Part shown: in pieces, positions 19,523 through 29,296 of the stretch | Position numbering within the stretch: the first letter of the stretch is position 1 | How the letters are laid out: every line of letters starts with the position of its first letter | Translations under genes and position numbers: made by a program | The notes under the pieces: generated by a model | The model's input: only the letters and a program-made list of their open reading frames with translations | Told to the model about the DNA's origin: nothing | Database searches by the model: none | From: Nitrospirota bacterium | GTDB lineage: Bacteria > Nitrospirota > Thermodesulfovibrionia > Thermodesulfovibrionales > Dissulfurispiraceae | Assembly: GCA_040754455.1 (NCBI GenBank) | Contig: JBFMCP010000027.1 | Location: 1 to 43,444, forward strand | Length of the DNA: 43,444 nucleotides | Direction of reading: 5' to 3'

Positions 19523-21067
19523 ATGCGTAGAACAGCCATACATTCATTCTTTTTAACAGCACTTCTCTCATTGGGTACCGCGATCCTTTTTTTGCCCGCA
19601 CCCGGCATTGCCGTCGACAAAGAATCGAAAAATGTCGGGGCTTCTGCAGATCTGAGTGCCGAGACAAAGACATGTATCGGCTGCCACGGGCTCTATACGC
19701 CGGGCATTGTCGAGGACTGGCTTAAAAGCAGGCATGCACATACTGCTCCTTCGGAAGCGATAAAAAAGCCCGCTCTTGAACGGAGGATCTCCGCTGATTC
19801 GGTCCCGGAAAGCTTGGGGAAATATGCGGTGGGGTGCTATGAATGCCACAGCCGCAACCCTGAAAAACACAAGGACAACTTCGATCACATGGGCTTCAAG
19901 ATCAATGTCGTGGTGAGCCCCGATGACTGCAAGACCTGCCATCCTGTCGAAGCCGGTCAGTTTGCAGGGACAAAAAAAGCACATGCCGTCAAAAACCTGA
20001 TGAGCAATCCCGTCTACCACACCCTGGTAAGCACGATCACCGGCGTTAAAGAGATCAAGGATGGAAAGATCACAGCCAAGGAACCTTCGAGCGCGGCGCT
20101 CATGGATGCCTGCCTCGGATGCCACGGTACCAAAGTCGGCGTAAAGGGTATGAAGACCGTCGCGAGCAAAATGGGAGAAATCAAGATTCCGGATCTCACC
20201 AACTGGCCCAACCAGGGCGTCGGCAGGGAAAACCCTGACGGGAGTCTCGGCTCGTGTTCCGCATGCCATGCGCGCCACGCCTTCTCGATTGAGACAGCAC
20301 GAAAACCCTACACCTGCGGGCAGTGCCATCTGGAGCCCGATGTCCCGGCATACAACGTCTACAAAGAGAGCAAGCACGGCAATATCTTTGAGTCCAAGTA
20401 CCACGAGTGGGATTTTGATGCCGTGCCCTGGACCGTGGGAAAAGACTTTACTGCGCCGACCTGCGCCACCTGCCACAACAGCCTCATCGTATCGCCACGG
20501 GGCGATGTGATTGCCGAGCGGTCGCACGACTTCGGCTCGCGGCTCTGGGTCAGAATATTCGGCCTCATCTTTACCCATCCACAGCCGAAATCGGGCAACA
20601 CGTCCATTATCAAGAACAAGGACGGCCTCCCCTTGCCGACGACCTTTGCCGGGGAGCCGGCATCGGAGTATCTTATCAGCAAGGACGAACAGGAACGACG
20701 GCAAGCGGCAACGAAAGGTGTCTGCAACGGCTGTCACAATATCGACTGGGTGAACTCCCACTTCGAGAAATTTAATGTTACAGTAAAAGAGACGGACGCC
20801 ATGGTAAGCGCGGCAACAACGCTCATGGCCGATGCATGGAAAAACAAACTGGAGGATCAAACCAATCCTTTCGATGAGGGCACCGAGGAAATGTGGGTCA
20901 AGCAGTGGCTCTTCTATGCGAACACCGTACGGTACTCCTCTGCCATGACCGGGGCTCCCGATTACGGCGCTTTCAAGCTCGGGTGGTGGGAGCTGACCAA
21001 TAATCTCAGAAACATGAAAGAGCTGATCGATCTTAAGAAGCAACGCAACAAGGATGCAAAAAAATAG
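19523..21067 (+). CDS. Exported octaheme cytochrome c of the hydroxylamine oxidoreductase family (epsilon-HAO-like)
   Basis: Signal peptide and eight CxxCH motifs (CIGCH, CYECH, CKTCH, CLGCH, CSACH, CGQCH, CATCH, CNGCH). Also WPNQGVGRENPDGSLGSC and YKESKHG. Confidence 0.85.
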   Translation: MRRTAIHSFFLTALLSLGTAILFLPAPGIAVDKESKNVGASADLSAETKTCIGCHGLYTPGIVEDWLKSRHAHTAPSEAIKKPALERRISADSVPESLGKYAVGCYECHSRNPEKHKDNFDHMGFKINVVVSPDDCKTCHPVEAGQFAGTKKAHAVKNLMSNPVYHTLVSTITGVKEIKDGKITAKEPSSAALMDACLGCHGTKVGVKGMKTVASKMGEIKIPDLTNWPNQGVGRENPDGSLGSCSACHARHAFSIETARKPYTCGQCHLEPDVPAYNVYKESKHGNIFESKYHEWDFDAVPWTVGKDFTAPTCATCHNSLIVSPRGDVIAERSHDFGSRLWVRIFGLIFTHPQPKSGNTSIIKNKDGLPLPTTFAGEPASEYLISKDEQERRQAATKGVCNGCHNIDWVNSHFEKFNVTVKETDAMVSAATTLMADAWKNKLEDQTNPFDEGTEEMWVKQWLFYANTVRYSSAMTGAPDYGAFKLGWWELTNNLRNMKELIDLKKQRNKDAKK

Positions 21068-21068
21068 G

Positions 21069-21647
21069 ATGAAGGTGACCGCTTTCCTGGGCAGTCCCCG
21101 CATCGAGGGCAACACCGATCTGCTCCTCAGGGAGACACTGCGCGCCATCGATGCCGCAGGACATGAGATACAGCTCTTCAAGCTCAACTACATGCATATA
21201 CGCCCCTGCCAGAACTGCGGCGGCTGTGAAAAGACCGGCACCTGCACAATAAAAGATGATATGGGTGAGATCTACGATGCCATCCGGGAAGCGGACAGGA
21301 TCGTCCTCGCCTCCCCTATTTTCTTTTTCGGTGTCAGCGCGCAGACGAAGATGATGATCGACCGCTGCCAGGCCTTCTGGAGCGAAAAATACCTGCTCAA
21401 GAAACCTATAGCCGCAGGCCCTTTGGGGAGAAAAGGGCTTCTCCTGCTGGTCGGCGGCATGAAGAAAGAGATCGGTATTCAGTGTTCTAACGCAACGGCA
21501 ACCGCTTTTTTCAGGACTGTCAGTGTTCCCGATCATGAGACCTTAGGCTATCTGGAAGTTGACGCAAAAGGCGACATACTCAAGCACCCGACCGCATTAC
21601 GCGATGCCTATGAGGCAGGCACAAGGCTAATTACAGCAGTAGAATAA
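21069..21647 (+). CDS. Iron-sulfur flavoprotein / flavodoxin-like FMN reductase family
   Basis: GSPRIEGNT, CQNCGGCEKTGTC, ASPIFF and KMMIDR. Confidence 0.9.
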   Translation: MKVTAFLGSPRIEGNTDLLLRETLRAIDAAGHEIQLFKLNYMHIRPCQNCGGCEKTGTCTIKDDMGEIYDAIREADRIVLASPIFFFGVSAQTKMMIDRCQAFWSEKYLLKKPIAAGPLGRKGLLLLVGGMKKEIGIQCSNATATAFFRTVSVPDHETLGYLEVDAKGDILKHPTALRDAYEAGTRLITAVE

Positions 21648-21657
21648 GGAGGAGATC

Positions 21658-21993
21658 ATGGCAACAGTACCGCCGGGCCAATTACCAGGGCAGTATAAGA
21701 GCATCAGAAAGAGGTTCAGCAAGTATTTCAAGGCGCTCGAAAACTTCGGCAAGGCCGCGAAGGAGGCCGGTCCTATTGATGACAAGACTGCGCATTTGAT
21801 CCAGCTCGCAGCAGCTGCTGCAATCAGGTCCGAAGGCTCGGTCCATTCACATGCACGAAGGGCCCTCGAGGAAGGAGTGACTGCCGAGGAGCTCTACCAC
21901 GCGATCATCCTGACATCGAGCACCATAGGCTTTCCCAATGTCTCGGCCGCATTGAGCTGGGTGGACGATGTACTAAAGGAAAAGCAGGACTGA
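21658..21993 (+). CDS. Carboxymuconolactone decarboxylase (AhpD-like) family protein
   Basis: GPIDDKTAHLIQLAAA, SEGSVHSH and TIGFP. RBS AGGAGG. Confidence 0.88.
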   Translation: MATVPPGQLPGQYKSIRKRFSKYFKALENFGKAAKEAGPIDDKTAHLIQLAAAAAIRSEGSVHSHARRALEEGVTAEELYHAIILTSSTIGFPNVSAALSWVDDVLKEKQD

Positions 21994-22923
21994 TTGCAGT
22001 ATCCTGCTCCGGAATATATTCAATTTTTTCCAACGCTGCGGTGCAATCAGAACTGCAGTTTCTGTTTTAACCGAGGCATCAATGCAGTAACCGACAGTAC
22101 GCAGGAAGATATCAAAAGGCTCGCCGGGAGGGTGGCAGACATCGGGACCACCGAGATCGATATCCTCGGCGGCGAGCCGATACTATATCCCCACCTTCAT
22201 CAATTCATCGATCTTTCATTGCGCAACGGGTTTACGCTCAATATAAGTTCGAACGGCGCGAATATTCCAGTCCTGGAAGATATTACGGAAACGTTCAAAG
22301 GGAAACCTTTGAACATCGGCATATCCCTCAACACCGCCCCTCTTCCCGATGCATTGCATCGCTATATTTCTACATACCGGCCGTTCGTAAAAAGTATTTA
22401 TGAGAGCAGCGGAACGATTCCGGCACCCTTTGCTCCCTATCTCGGTATGCAGGATATAACGTACTATCTTCTTTATAGGGACGTGCTCTCCGCGAATGAG
22501 CTGGAACACAGCGTGCCCTTTTATACCTTCTTCAACAGGCTCAGGGAACTCAGAGCGATGCACAACAATATCGAGAACGTCTACTGTGCCGGTTTCATCC
22601 CGGACACTGCGCGACACCCTTTCCTCGCTCATGTCAGATGTCCTGCTGGAACAACAAAGCTTTCCGTGCTGCCTGACGGCTCTGTCTACCCCTGCTATCT
22701 CTTTTTCAGGCACAAAGAATTCAGGCTGGGAAATATTCTGGATGATAATTTCACGGGCATATGGCGCAACCCTCGATTGGATTTTTTCAGGACCTTCGGG
22801 GGAAACCGGTGCCCAAACACCGGATGCGAACTCTTTTCAGCATGCCACGGCGGGTGCCCTGCAGTAAGCTTATTGGTTTCGGGCGACCTCAACGCACCCG
22901 ATCCCCGTTGCATAAAAAAATAA
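21994..22923 (+). CDS. Radical SAM protein with a SPASM domain
   Basis: CNQNCSFC, GGEP, CPAG..DGSVYPC and CPNTGC..CHGGCP. The TTG start abuts the upstream stop. Confidence 0.9.
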   Translation: MQYPAPEYIQFFPTLRCNQNCSFCFNRGINAVTDSTQEDIKRLAGRVADIGTTEIDILGGEPILYPHLHQFIDLSLRNGFTLNISSNGANIPVLEDITETFKGKPLNIGISLNTAPLPDALHRYISTYRPFVKSIYESSGTIPAPFAPYLGMQDITYYLLYRDVLSANELEHSVPFYTFFNRLRELRAMHNNIENVYCAGFIPDTARHPFLAHVRCPAGTTKLSVLPDGSVYPCYLFFRHKEFRLGNILDDNFTGIWRNPRLDFFRTFGGNRCPNTGCELFSACHGGCPAVSLLVSGDLNAPDPRCIKK

Positions 22924-22940
22924 TATCCGATTCTCTGTCT

Positions 22941-23444
22941 TTACGTATGTTCTGTTACTCTTTTGAACTCATCGATCATTTCCATCCAGAGCTCCGCCAG
23001 TTTCCGCAGAGCATCATCGAATTCATCATACGCCTTCCCAGCCTTTTCCATACTCTCATAGAGCGCATCGCAGAAATACCAGTTGCATCCTGATGGCCGC
23101 ACTGTACGTTCGAGCCTGCAGCCCTCCTGCGAGAGGAACTGGCAGGGCTCGGTGTCATCTCTTTGCTCATAGTCGTGAGGAGTGAGCCCGAGGGCGTGAA
23201 TATAGATGAAATCCTCATCGTTGTAATAGGCATGTTTGTTCAGACAGCACACCGCCTGACAGCGGGGGCAGACCATTGATGTGTGCTGCTGTATAAAGGG
23301 ATCTATACGCTGTACTCCCTCCCGCACCTTCTGTGCAAGAGCTGCAACCCTGGTTAATTTTCCCCCATACTTTTGAAAGAGCCCTTCAATATGCCGTGCT
23401 GCTTGATGTGGAGGTCCTTGGTATGGATGTTGTGAATCACTCAT
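22941..23444 (-). CDS. Cys-cluster hypothetical protein (YkgJ/CxxCxxCC-like)
   Basis: CPRCQAVCC..PCQFLSQEGCRL..RPSGCNWYFC. Confidence 0.75.
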   Translation of the reverse strand: MSDSQHPYQGPPHQAARHIEGLFQKYGGKLTRVAALAQKVREGVQRIDPFIQQHTSMVCPRCQAVCCLNKHAYYNDEDFIYIHALGLTPHDYEQRDDTEPCQFLSQEGCRLERTVRPSGCNWYFCDALYESMEKAGKAYDEFDDALRKLAELWMEMIDEFKRVTEHT

Positions 23445-23565
23445 ATGGGCGTCACTCTATATACCTTTATATATAAAGTAGAGTAGAGAACTGGGGTGGT
23501 GGCAGGTGCTCTCCGAGGAGGTGGTTGCGGCACAATTTATCAGGAGGAATGTCCCAGATTCTCAT

Positions 23566-23602
23566 AAAAATTAAGCCTGGCACCATTCGATACCAGGCTT
23601 AA
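23566..23602 (-). terminator. Intrinsic terminator of the nuo operon
   Basis: Minus strand TTAAGCCTGGTATC-GAAT-GGTGCCAGGCTTAA followed by TTTTT, 22 nt after the nuoN stop. Confidence 0.85.
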
Positions 23603-23624
23603 GAGTGTGCTTTACTGATTCAAT

Positions 23625-25019
23625 TTAAACTAACTTTATAAAAGGAATCACCGAGGGCACAATGCCTATCACGAACACCATCGCCACCGAAATCGCAAGC
23701 GCAAGGCTGAGGGTCGGCGTCGGGTTGATGGCTGCCTCTGCCGTCATTTCCTTCATGTACATGTTTCTCACGACTCTCAGGTAGTAGTAGGCGGAGATGG
23801 CGCTGAAGATGACCGCCACAATCGCCAGCCAAACATAGCCCGCCCTGATGAGCGCCATGAAGATATTGAACTTTCCAATGAACCCTGCCGTGGGCGGAAT
23901 GCCGGTGAGCGAGAACATGAAGACCAGCATCAGCGCCGCTACCAGCGGGCGGCTCTTCGAGAGGCCTTCGTAGTCGCTGATCTCCTCTCCCTTGTCGAGG
24001 AGGATGACGATGGCGAAGGCGCCCATGTTCATGAAGGCGTAGATCATCATATAGGTCATCATCGCCTGCCGGCCCTCCTCGGTCCCCGCGATGATGCCGA
24101 GAAGCATATACCCTGCATGGGCGATCGAAGAGTAGGCGAGCATTCTCTTGATATTGGTCTGCGCTATGGCGAGGATGTTGCCGACCGCCATAGTAAGGAT
24201 GGCGATGCCGATGAGAACAGAGGTCCAGTCGGCCTGCATGTTCTGGAAGGCGGAGAAGAAGACCCTGCCGATCACGGCGAAGCCTGCTGCCTTCGGCCCG
24301 ACTGACATGAATGCGGTCACCGAGGTCGGCGCACCTTCATACACATCCGGCGCCCACATATGGAAGGGGACCGCTGCGATCTTGAAGGAGAAGGCCACGG
24401 CAATGAGGATCATCGCAAGCGTCAGGAGCGGCGTCGATCCTGTCTGCTGCAGCTGTGCAGCGATCTTCGTAAAGTCGGTGGTAGTGGTAGCGCCGTAGAG
24501 AAGCGAGATGCCGTAGAGGAGTAGTGCAGACGAAAATGCACCCAGCAGAAAGTACTTTATGGCCGCTTCATTCGATTTGATGTCGTGCCGTTTGATGCCG
24601 GCGAGCACATAGGTGCTCAGCGCCATCAGCTCGAGCCCAAGATAGAGGATAATGAAATCCCGTGCCGATGCCATGAGCATCATGCCGACGGTCGAAAAGA
24701 GCATAAGACTGTAGTACTCGCCGTAGTCCGCCTGCTGCCGCTTTATGTACTTCAGCGAGATGAGCACGGTCAGGATGATATTGATAAGGAAGATCAGCTT
24801 GAAATAGGTGCTGTAGGTATCGCTGATGAACATTCCGCCGAAGGTCTCGCCAGCACTCATCGGGAGGGTATAGAGTGTGACTGCTGCGACGCTGATGGTC
24901 AGGAAGGCCAGAACGCCTTTTTCCTTGAAGAGGAGGTCCAGAATGAGCAGCACCGTTGCTGCGATCGTCATTATGATCTCAGGGGTTGCAGGAGTTAAAT
25001 CCGGAAAAGGAATGTTCAT
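23625..25019 (-). CDS. nuoN: NADH-quinone oxidoreductase subunit N
   Basis: EAAIKYF, FKIAAVPFHMWAPDVYEGAPT and KRMLAYSSIAHAGY. Confidence 0.97.
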   Translation of the reverse strand: MNIPFPDLTPATPEIIMTIAATVLLILDLLFKEKGVLAFLTISVAAVTLYTLPMSAGETFGGMFISDTYSTYFKLIFLINIILTVLISLKYIKRQQADYGEYYSLMLFSTVGMMLMASARDFIILYLGLELMALSTYVLAGIKRHDIKSNEAAIKYFLLGAFSSALLLYGISLLYGATTTTDFTKIAAQLQQTGSTPLLTLAMILIAVAFSFKIAAVPFHMWAPDVYEGAPTSVTAFMSVGPKAAGFAVIGRVFFSAFQNMQADWTSVLIGIAILTMAVGNILAIAQTNIKRMLAYSSIAHAGYMLLGIIAGTEEGRQAMMTYMMIYAFMNMGAFAIVILLDKGEEISDYEGLSKSRPLVAALMLVFMFSLTGIPPTAGFIGKFNIFMALIRAGYVWLAIVAVIFSAISAYYYLRVVRNMYMKEMTAEAAINPTPTLSLALAISVAMVFVIGIVPSVIPFIKLV

Positions 25020-26530
25020 TTTATCACCTCAATGATCTGTTGTGCGACCTGTTGCGGCTGCCCTGCGGTACTGACCCGATTAATGAGGTTCTGCACCGAG
25101 GCATCCATGAAGCTGAGCAGGGTGTTGGGGTAGAAGCCGACATAGAGCACCAGAAGCACCAGTGGTACAACGGTCAGTATCTCCCTGAAATTGACATCAG
25201 GGTGTCCCTGCACTTTTGGGTTCACTTCCATAAAGAAAACCCTTTGGTAGAGCCAGAGCATGTATGCGGCACCGATGATGATCCCTGTTGAGGCGAGGAC
25301 GCCCATCGGTTTGGATGCGGTAAAGCCGCCCAGGAGGATGAGGAACTCGCCGATGAAGCCGTTCGTTCCGGGGAGCCCTATCGATGCCAGGGTGAAAACC
25401 ATGAAGAGCGCTGCATAAATCGGGAGCACCGTAGCAGTACCGCCGTAATCGGCGATCTTTCGTGTATGGGTGCGGTCATAAATGATACCGACGCAGAGGA
25501 AGAGCCCGCCGGTAACAATGCCGTGGTTGATCATCTGCAGGATGCCGCCCTGGATGCCCTGCGTATTCAACGCAAAGATACCGAGCGTTACGAATCCCAT
25601 ATGGCTCACCGAGCTGTAGGCGATCAGCCGCTTGAGGTCGGTCTGGCCGAGACAGATCACCGCGCCGTAGATGATAGCGATGACCGAGAGGATCATCATC
25701 ACCGGCGACATTGCCCTGGTCGCTTCGGGCAGTATGGGCATGCTGAAGCGCAGGAAGCCGTAGGCACCCATCTTGATGAGAATGCCGGCCAGGATCACAC
25801 TGCCTGCAGTCGGCGCCTCGGTATGGGCGTCAGGCAACCATGTATGTACCGGAAACATGGGGACCTTGACAGCAAAGGCTGCAAAGAACGCCCAGAAGAG
25901 AATCAGCTGCAGATTAAATGGATACGTGGTATTCATCATCTGCAGGATATCGAACGATCTCCCGGTATTCAGATAGAGCACGATGATGCCGACCAGCATC
26001 AGCACGCTGCCGACCAGAGTAAAGAGGAAGAACTTGATGGCGGCGTAGACCCTGTTCGGGCCTCCCCATACGCCGATCAGGAGGAACATCGGAATGAGCA
26101 TCGCCTCCCAGAAGATATAGAAAAGAAAGAGGTCGAGGCTGCAGAAGACGCCGATCATCGCGCCTTCGGTCAGGAGCAATGCGGCATAAAATTCCTTTGT
26201 CCTGTCTTTTATGCTGTTCCACGAGACGGTCACGCAGAGGATGGTCAGGAGTGTCGAGAGCAGCACAAAGAGAACGCTGATGCCGTCCACGCCGAGAGCG
26301 TACTTTATGCCCCAGGAAGGTATCCATTGGTAGCTCTCGGTAAACTGCATGTTCGCCGTCGTCTTGTCGAAGTCGAGGAAGAGTGGAACGCTCAGAAAGA
26401 AGGTGAGCACGCTTAACAGCAGGGCGGTCCACTTGATAAGGGCCTCATTGCTCCTGCTCATAAGAAATATAAGCAATGCCCCTACGATGGGTAGGAATAT
26501 TACGGTACTCAGTATCGGGTAGCTCATCAA
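25016..26530 (-). CDS. nuoM: NADH-quinone oxidoreductase subunit M
   Basis: FWEAMLIP, KVPMFPVHTWLPDAHTEAPTAGS and AYSSVSHMG. Confidence 0.97.
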   Translation of the reverse strand: MMSYPILSTVIFLPIVGALLIFLMSRSNEALIKWTALLLSVLTFFLSVPLFLDFDKTTANMQFTESYQWIPSWGIKYALGVDGISVLFVLLSTLLTILCVTVSWNSIKDRTKEFYAALLLTEGAMIGVFCSLDLFLFYIFWEAMLIPMFLLIGVWGGPNRVYAAIKFFLFTLVGSVLMLVGIIVLYLNTGRSFDILQMMNTTYPFNLQLILFWAFFAAFAVKVPMFPVHTWLPDAHTEAPTAGSVILAGILIKMGAYGFLRFSMPILPEATRAMSPVMMILSVIAIIYGAVICLGQTDLKRLIAYSSVSHMGFVTLGIFALNTQGIQGGILQMINHGIVTGGLFLCVGIIYDRTHTRKIADYGGTATVLPIYAALFMVFTLASIGLPGTNGFIGEFLILLGGFTASKPMGVLASTGIIIGAAYMLWLYQRVFFMEVNPKVQGHPDVNFREILTVVPLVLLVLYVGFYPNTLLSFMDASVQNLINRVSTAGQPQQVAQQIIEVIK

Positions 26531-26538
26531 TCCTCCTC

Positions 26539-28479
26539 TTACTTTCCTGCCGACGCTATCAATACAAGGGTCATTATTACAAAGAGACCGATCGCCATAC
26601 TCACGGCGTAGTGCTGCAGATGGCCTGACTGCAGCTTTCTCAGTCGCTCTCCGAAATTGCCTATGGCCTTAGGCACACCGTTAACGATTCCTTCGATAAT
26701 GCCGCCGTCGGTCACTGCCATCAGCACATTGGTGGCAGCCCACTTCGTCGGCCTGACGATGATGAAGTCATACAGCTCATCGATATAGTATTTGTTCCAC
26801 AGCGTGGTGTAAATACCCTTGAAGGTTGCGGCGAGTGTCCTCGGTATCTCGGGCTTCAGCGCATAGAAGACCCAGGCGAAGAAGATGCCACCGAAGGCAG
26901 CGGCGATCGATATGCCGATGACCATCCACTCTTCCTCATGCGTTCCATGCACTTCGGGATGTCCGAGTACCGGCTCGAAGAAGTGGGCGACCCAGTTCCC
27001 GACGCCGATGTTCGAGCCGAGCAGCTCGGGGATGCCGACCCAGCCCGCGGCAATCGCGCCGATGGCGAGGATCATCAACGGAATCGTCATGGACTTCGGC
27101 GATTCGTGGAGATGGTGCTCCTGCTCGTGGGTGCCCCTGAACTTTCCATGGAAGGCGAGGAAAATGATTCTGAAGCTGTAGAAGGCGGTCAGTGCCGCAA
27201 CGACCGTACCCATTGCCCAGACGATCCTGCCAACGGTGCCGCCGTTGTAGGCCATCCAGAGGATCTCGTCCTTGCTGAAGAAGCCCGCCAGTCCCGGCAC
27301 GCCGGCGATACTTAATGAAGCGATGAGGAAGGTCCAGTAGGTGACGGGCATGTATTTTTTGAGGCCGCCCATCTTCTGGATATCCAGCTCACCTGCCATA
27401 GCATGCATGACGCTGCCAGCGCCGAGGAAGAGGAGGGCTTTGAAGTACGCGTGCGTATATAAATGGAACACGCCTGCTCCGTAAGCACCGACGCCGCAGG
27501 CCAGGAACATGTAGCCGAGCTGGCTTACGGTGGAGTAGGCGACAATTCTTTTTATATCATTCTGAACGAGAGCAATGGTCGCTGCAAAGAGGCTGGTGAC
27601 CGCACCGGTAATGGCGACGACATTCATCGCTATTGGAGAGAGGCTGAACAGCGGATTGAACCGTGCGACCATGAAGACACCGGCAGTGACCATGGTGGCA
27701 GCGTGGATCAAGGCGCTGACCGGCGTGGGGCCTTCCATTGCATCGGGCAGCCACACATGGAGCGGAATCTGCGCCGATTTACCGACGGCGCCGCAGAACA
27801 GGAGCAGCGCGATCAGGGTGATGAGATCGACGTTATAGCCGAACATCTGAATGGTCTGGCCCTGCAGGGTACCCACTGTTCCGAAAATGTCGGCATAGTG
27901 GACGCTGCCGAGGAAGAGAAAGATCATCATGACGCCGATGCCGAAGCCGAAGTCACCGAAACGGTTGACGATGAAGGCCTTCTTTCCGGCATCCGAGGCG
28001 CTCTTCTTTTCATACCAGAAGCCGATGAGGAAGTAGGAGCAGAGGCCCACCGCCTCCCAGCCGAAGTAGAGCTGCAGCAGGTTGTTGCCCATGACGAGCA
28101 TGAGCATCGAGAAAGTAAAGAGGCTGAGATACGAGAAGAACCGGTAGTAGCCGGGGTCGCCGTGCATATAGCCGACGGAGTAAATATGGACGAGAAGGCT
28201 GACGCTCGTCACCACGATGAGCATGATGGCCGTCAGCTGGTCGATCAGAAAGCCGATCGTCACCTTGAAATTTCCCGAGACGATCCAGCTGTAGACATCC
28301 TGGTTCACGGTCTTTCCCTGCGCGACCTCTCCGAAGGTCATCACGGCAATGATGAAAGAGCCCAACACGGCGGAGATCGCGATCCAGTGCGCCCTGTCCT
28401 TGATGAGGAACCTGCCGAAGAGGATATTGATGCAGAATGCTGCGAGCGGAAGAAGCGGTATTAACGTATATTTATCCAT
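26539..28479 (-). CDS. nuoL: NADH-quinone oxidoreductase subunit L
   Basis: GKSAQIPLHVWLPDAMEGPTPVSALIHAATMV. Confidence 0.97.
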   Translation of the reverse strand: MDKYTLIPLLPLAAFCINILFGRFLIKDRAHWIAISAVLGSFIIAVMTFGEVAQGKTVNQDVYSWIVSGNFKVTIGFLIDQLTAIMLIVVTSVSLLVHIYSVGYMHGDPGYYRFFSYLSLFTFSMLMLVMGNNLLQLYFGWEAVGLCSYFLIGFWYEKKSASDAGKKAFIVNRFGDFGFGIGVMMIFLFLGSVHYADIFGTVGTLQGQTIQMFGYNVDLITLIALLLFCGAVGKSAQIPLHVWLPDAMEGPTPVSALIHAATMVTAGVFMVARFNPLFSLSPIAMNVVAITGAVTSLFAATIALVQNDIKRIVAYSTVSQLGYMFLACGVGAYGAGVFHLYTHAYFKALLFLGAGSVMHAMAGELDIQKMGGLKKYMPVTYWTFLIASLSIAGVPGLAGFFSKDEILWMAYNGGTVGRIVWAMGTVVAALTAFYSFRIIFLAFHGKFRGTHEQEHHLHESPKSMTIPLMILAIGAIAAGWVGIPELLGSNIGVGNWVAHFFEPVLGHPEVHGTHEEEWMVIGISIAAAFGGIFFAWVFYALKPEIPRTLAATFKGIYTTLWNKYYIDELYDFIIVRPTKWAATNVLMAVTDGGIIEGIVNGVPKAIGNFGERLRKLQSGHLQHYAVSMAIGLFVIMTLVLIASAGK

Positions 28480-28481
28480 AG

Positions 28482-28784
28482 TTACCCTTTCATCTCCGTT
28501 ATTTCATCGGTATGTATTGCTGCCTTATTTCTGAACAAGGCCACCAGTATCGCCAAGCCTATGGCCGCCTCCGCCGCTGCCACCGTAATAATGAAGAAGA
28601 CCAGCACCTGCCCCCTCAGGTCCTGCAGATAATGGCTGAAGGCGACGAGGCTGATATTCACCGAATTGAGCATCAATTCAATGGACATGAGCATAATGAT
28701 GATGTTCCTTCTGATCAGAAATCCGACGACACCGATGATGAATATGACGGCGCTCAGCGCGATATACCATTCCAACGGTACCAT
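28482..28784 (-). CDS. nuoK: NADH-quinone oxidoreductase subunit K, 100 aa
   Basis: [26 protein letters not shown]. Start reassigned to ATG 28784. Confidence 0.95.
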   Translation of the reverse strand: MVPLEWYIALSAVIFIIGVVGFLIRRNIIIMLMSIELMLNSVNISLVAFSHYLQDLRGQVLVFFIITVAAAEAAIGLAILVALFRNKAAIHTDEITEMKG

Positions 28785-28789
28785 GTTGT

Positions 28790-29296
28790 CTATACCCTCC
28801 TCTTTGCTAGTACGATAGCACCCACAATGGCGATCAACAGTACCAGCGAAGCGACTTCGAAGGGGAAGAGGTACTCGGTGTAGAGTAATGTGCCGATTGC
28901 CTTTGCGTGGGTCATTGATGTGATGTACTCGATCGTATGCTGTCCGGCGGGCCCCTGGGTAAGGCTGCCCATCACGAAGAGGATGAGCACCAGCAGGGAG
29001 AGCCCCAGCGCGACCCCGATGGGCCATTCCCCGGCAAAGCGGTCACCCTCCAGCTCTTCTTTGAGGTTGAGCATCATAACGACGAAGAGGAACAGGACCA
29101 AGATCGCTCCTGCGTACAGGATAAGCTGCACTGCGGCAAGGAACTCGGCGTTCAGGAAGAGATACACGGCGGCGATGTGAAAGAACATCGCCAGCATCCA
29201 GAGCACGCTGTGGACCGGATTCCGCCTGGTGATGATCAGCACCGATAGGACGGTCATTGCAACGGCAAAATATCCGAAGAAAATTTTAGGCAGCAT
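28790..29296 (-). CDS. nuoJ: NADH-quinone oxidoreductase subunit J
   Basis: [21 protein letters not shown] and PFEVAS. Confidence 0.96.
   Translation of the reverse strand: MLPKIFFGYFAVAMTVLSVLIITRRNPVHSVLWMLAMFFHIAAVYLFLNAEFLAAVQLILYAGAILVLFLFVVMMLNLKEELEGDRFAGEWPIGVALGLSLLVLILFVMGSLTQGPAGQHTIEYITSMTHAKAIGTLLYTEYLFPFEVASLVLLIAIVGAIVLAKRRV

Noticed and set aside
19568..21187. 539-aa minus-strand ORF
   Set aside because: Antisense shadow of the octaheme gene.
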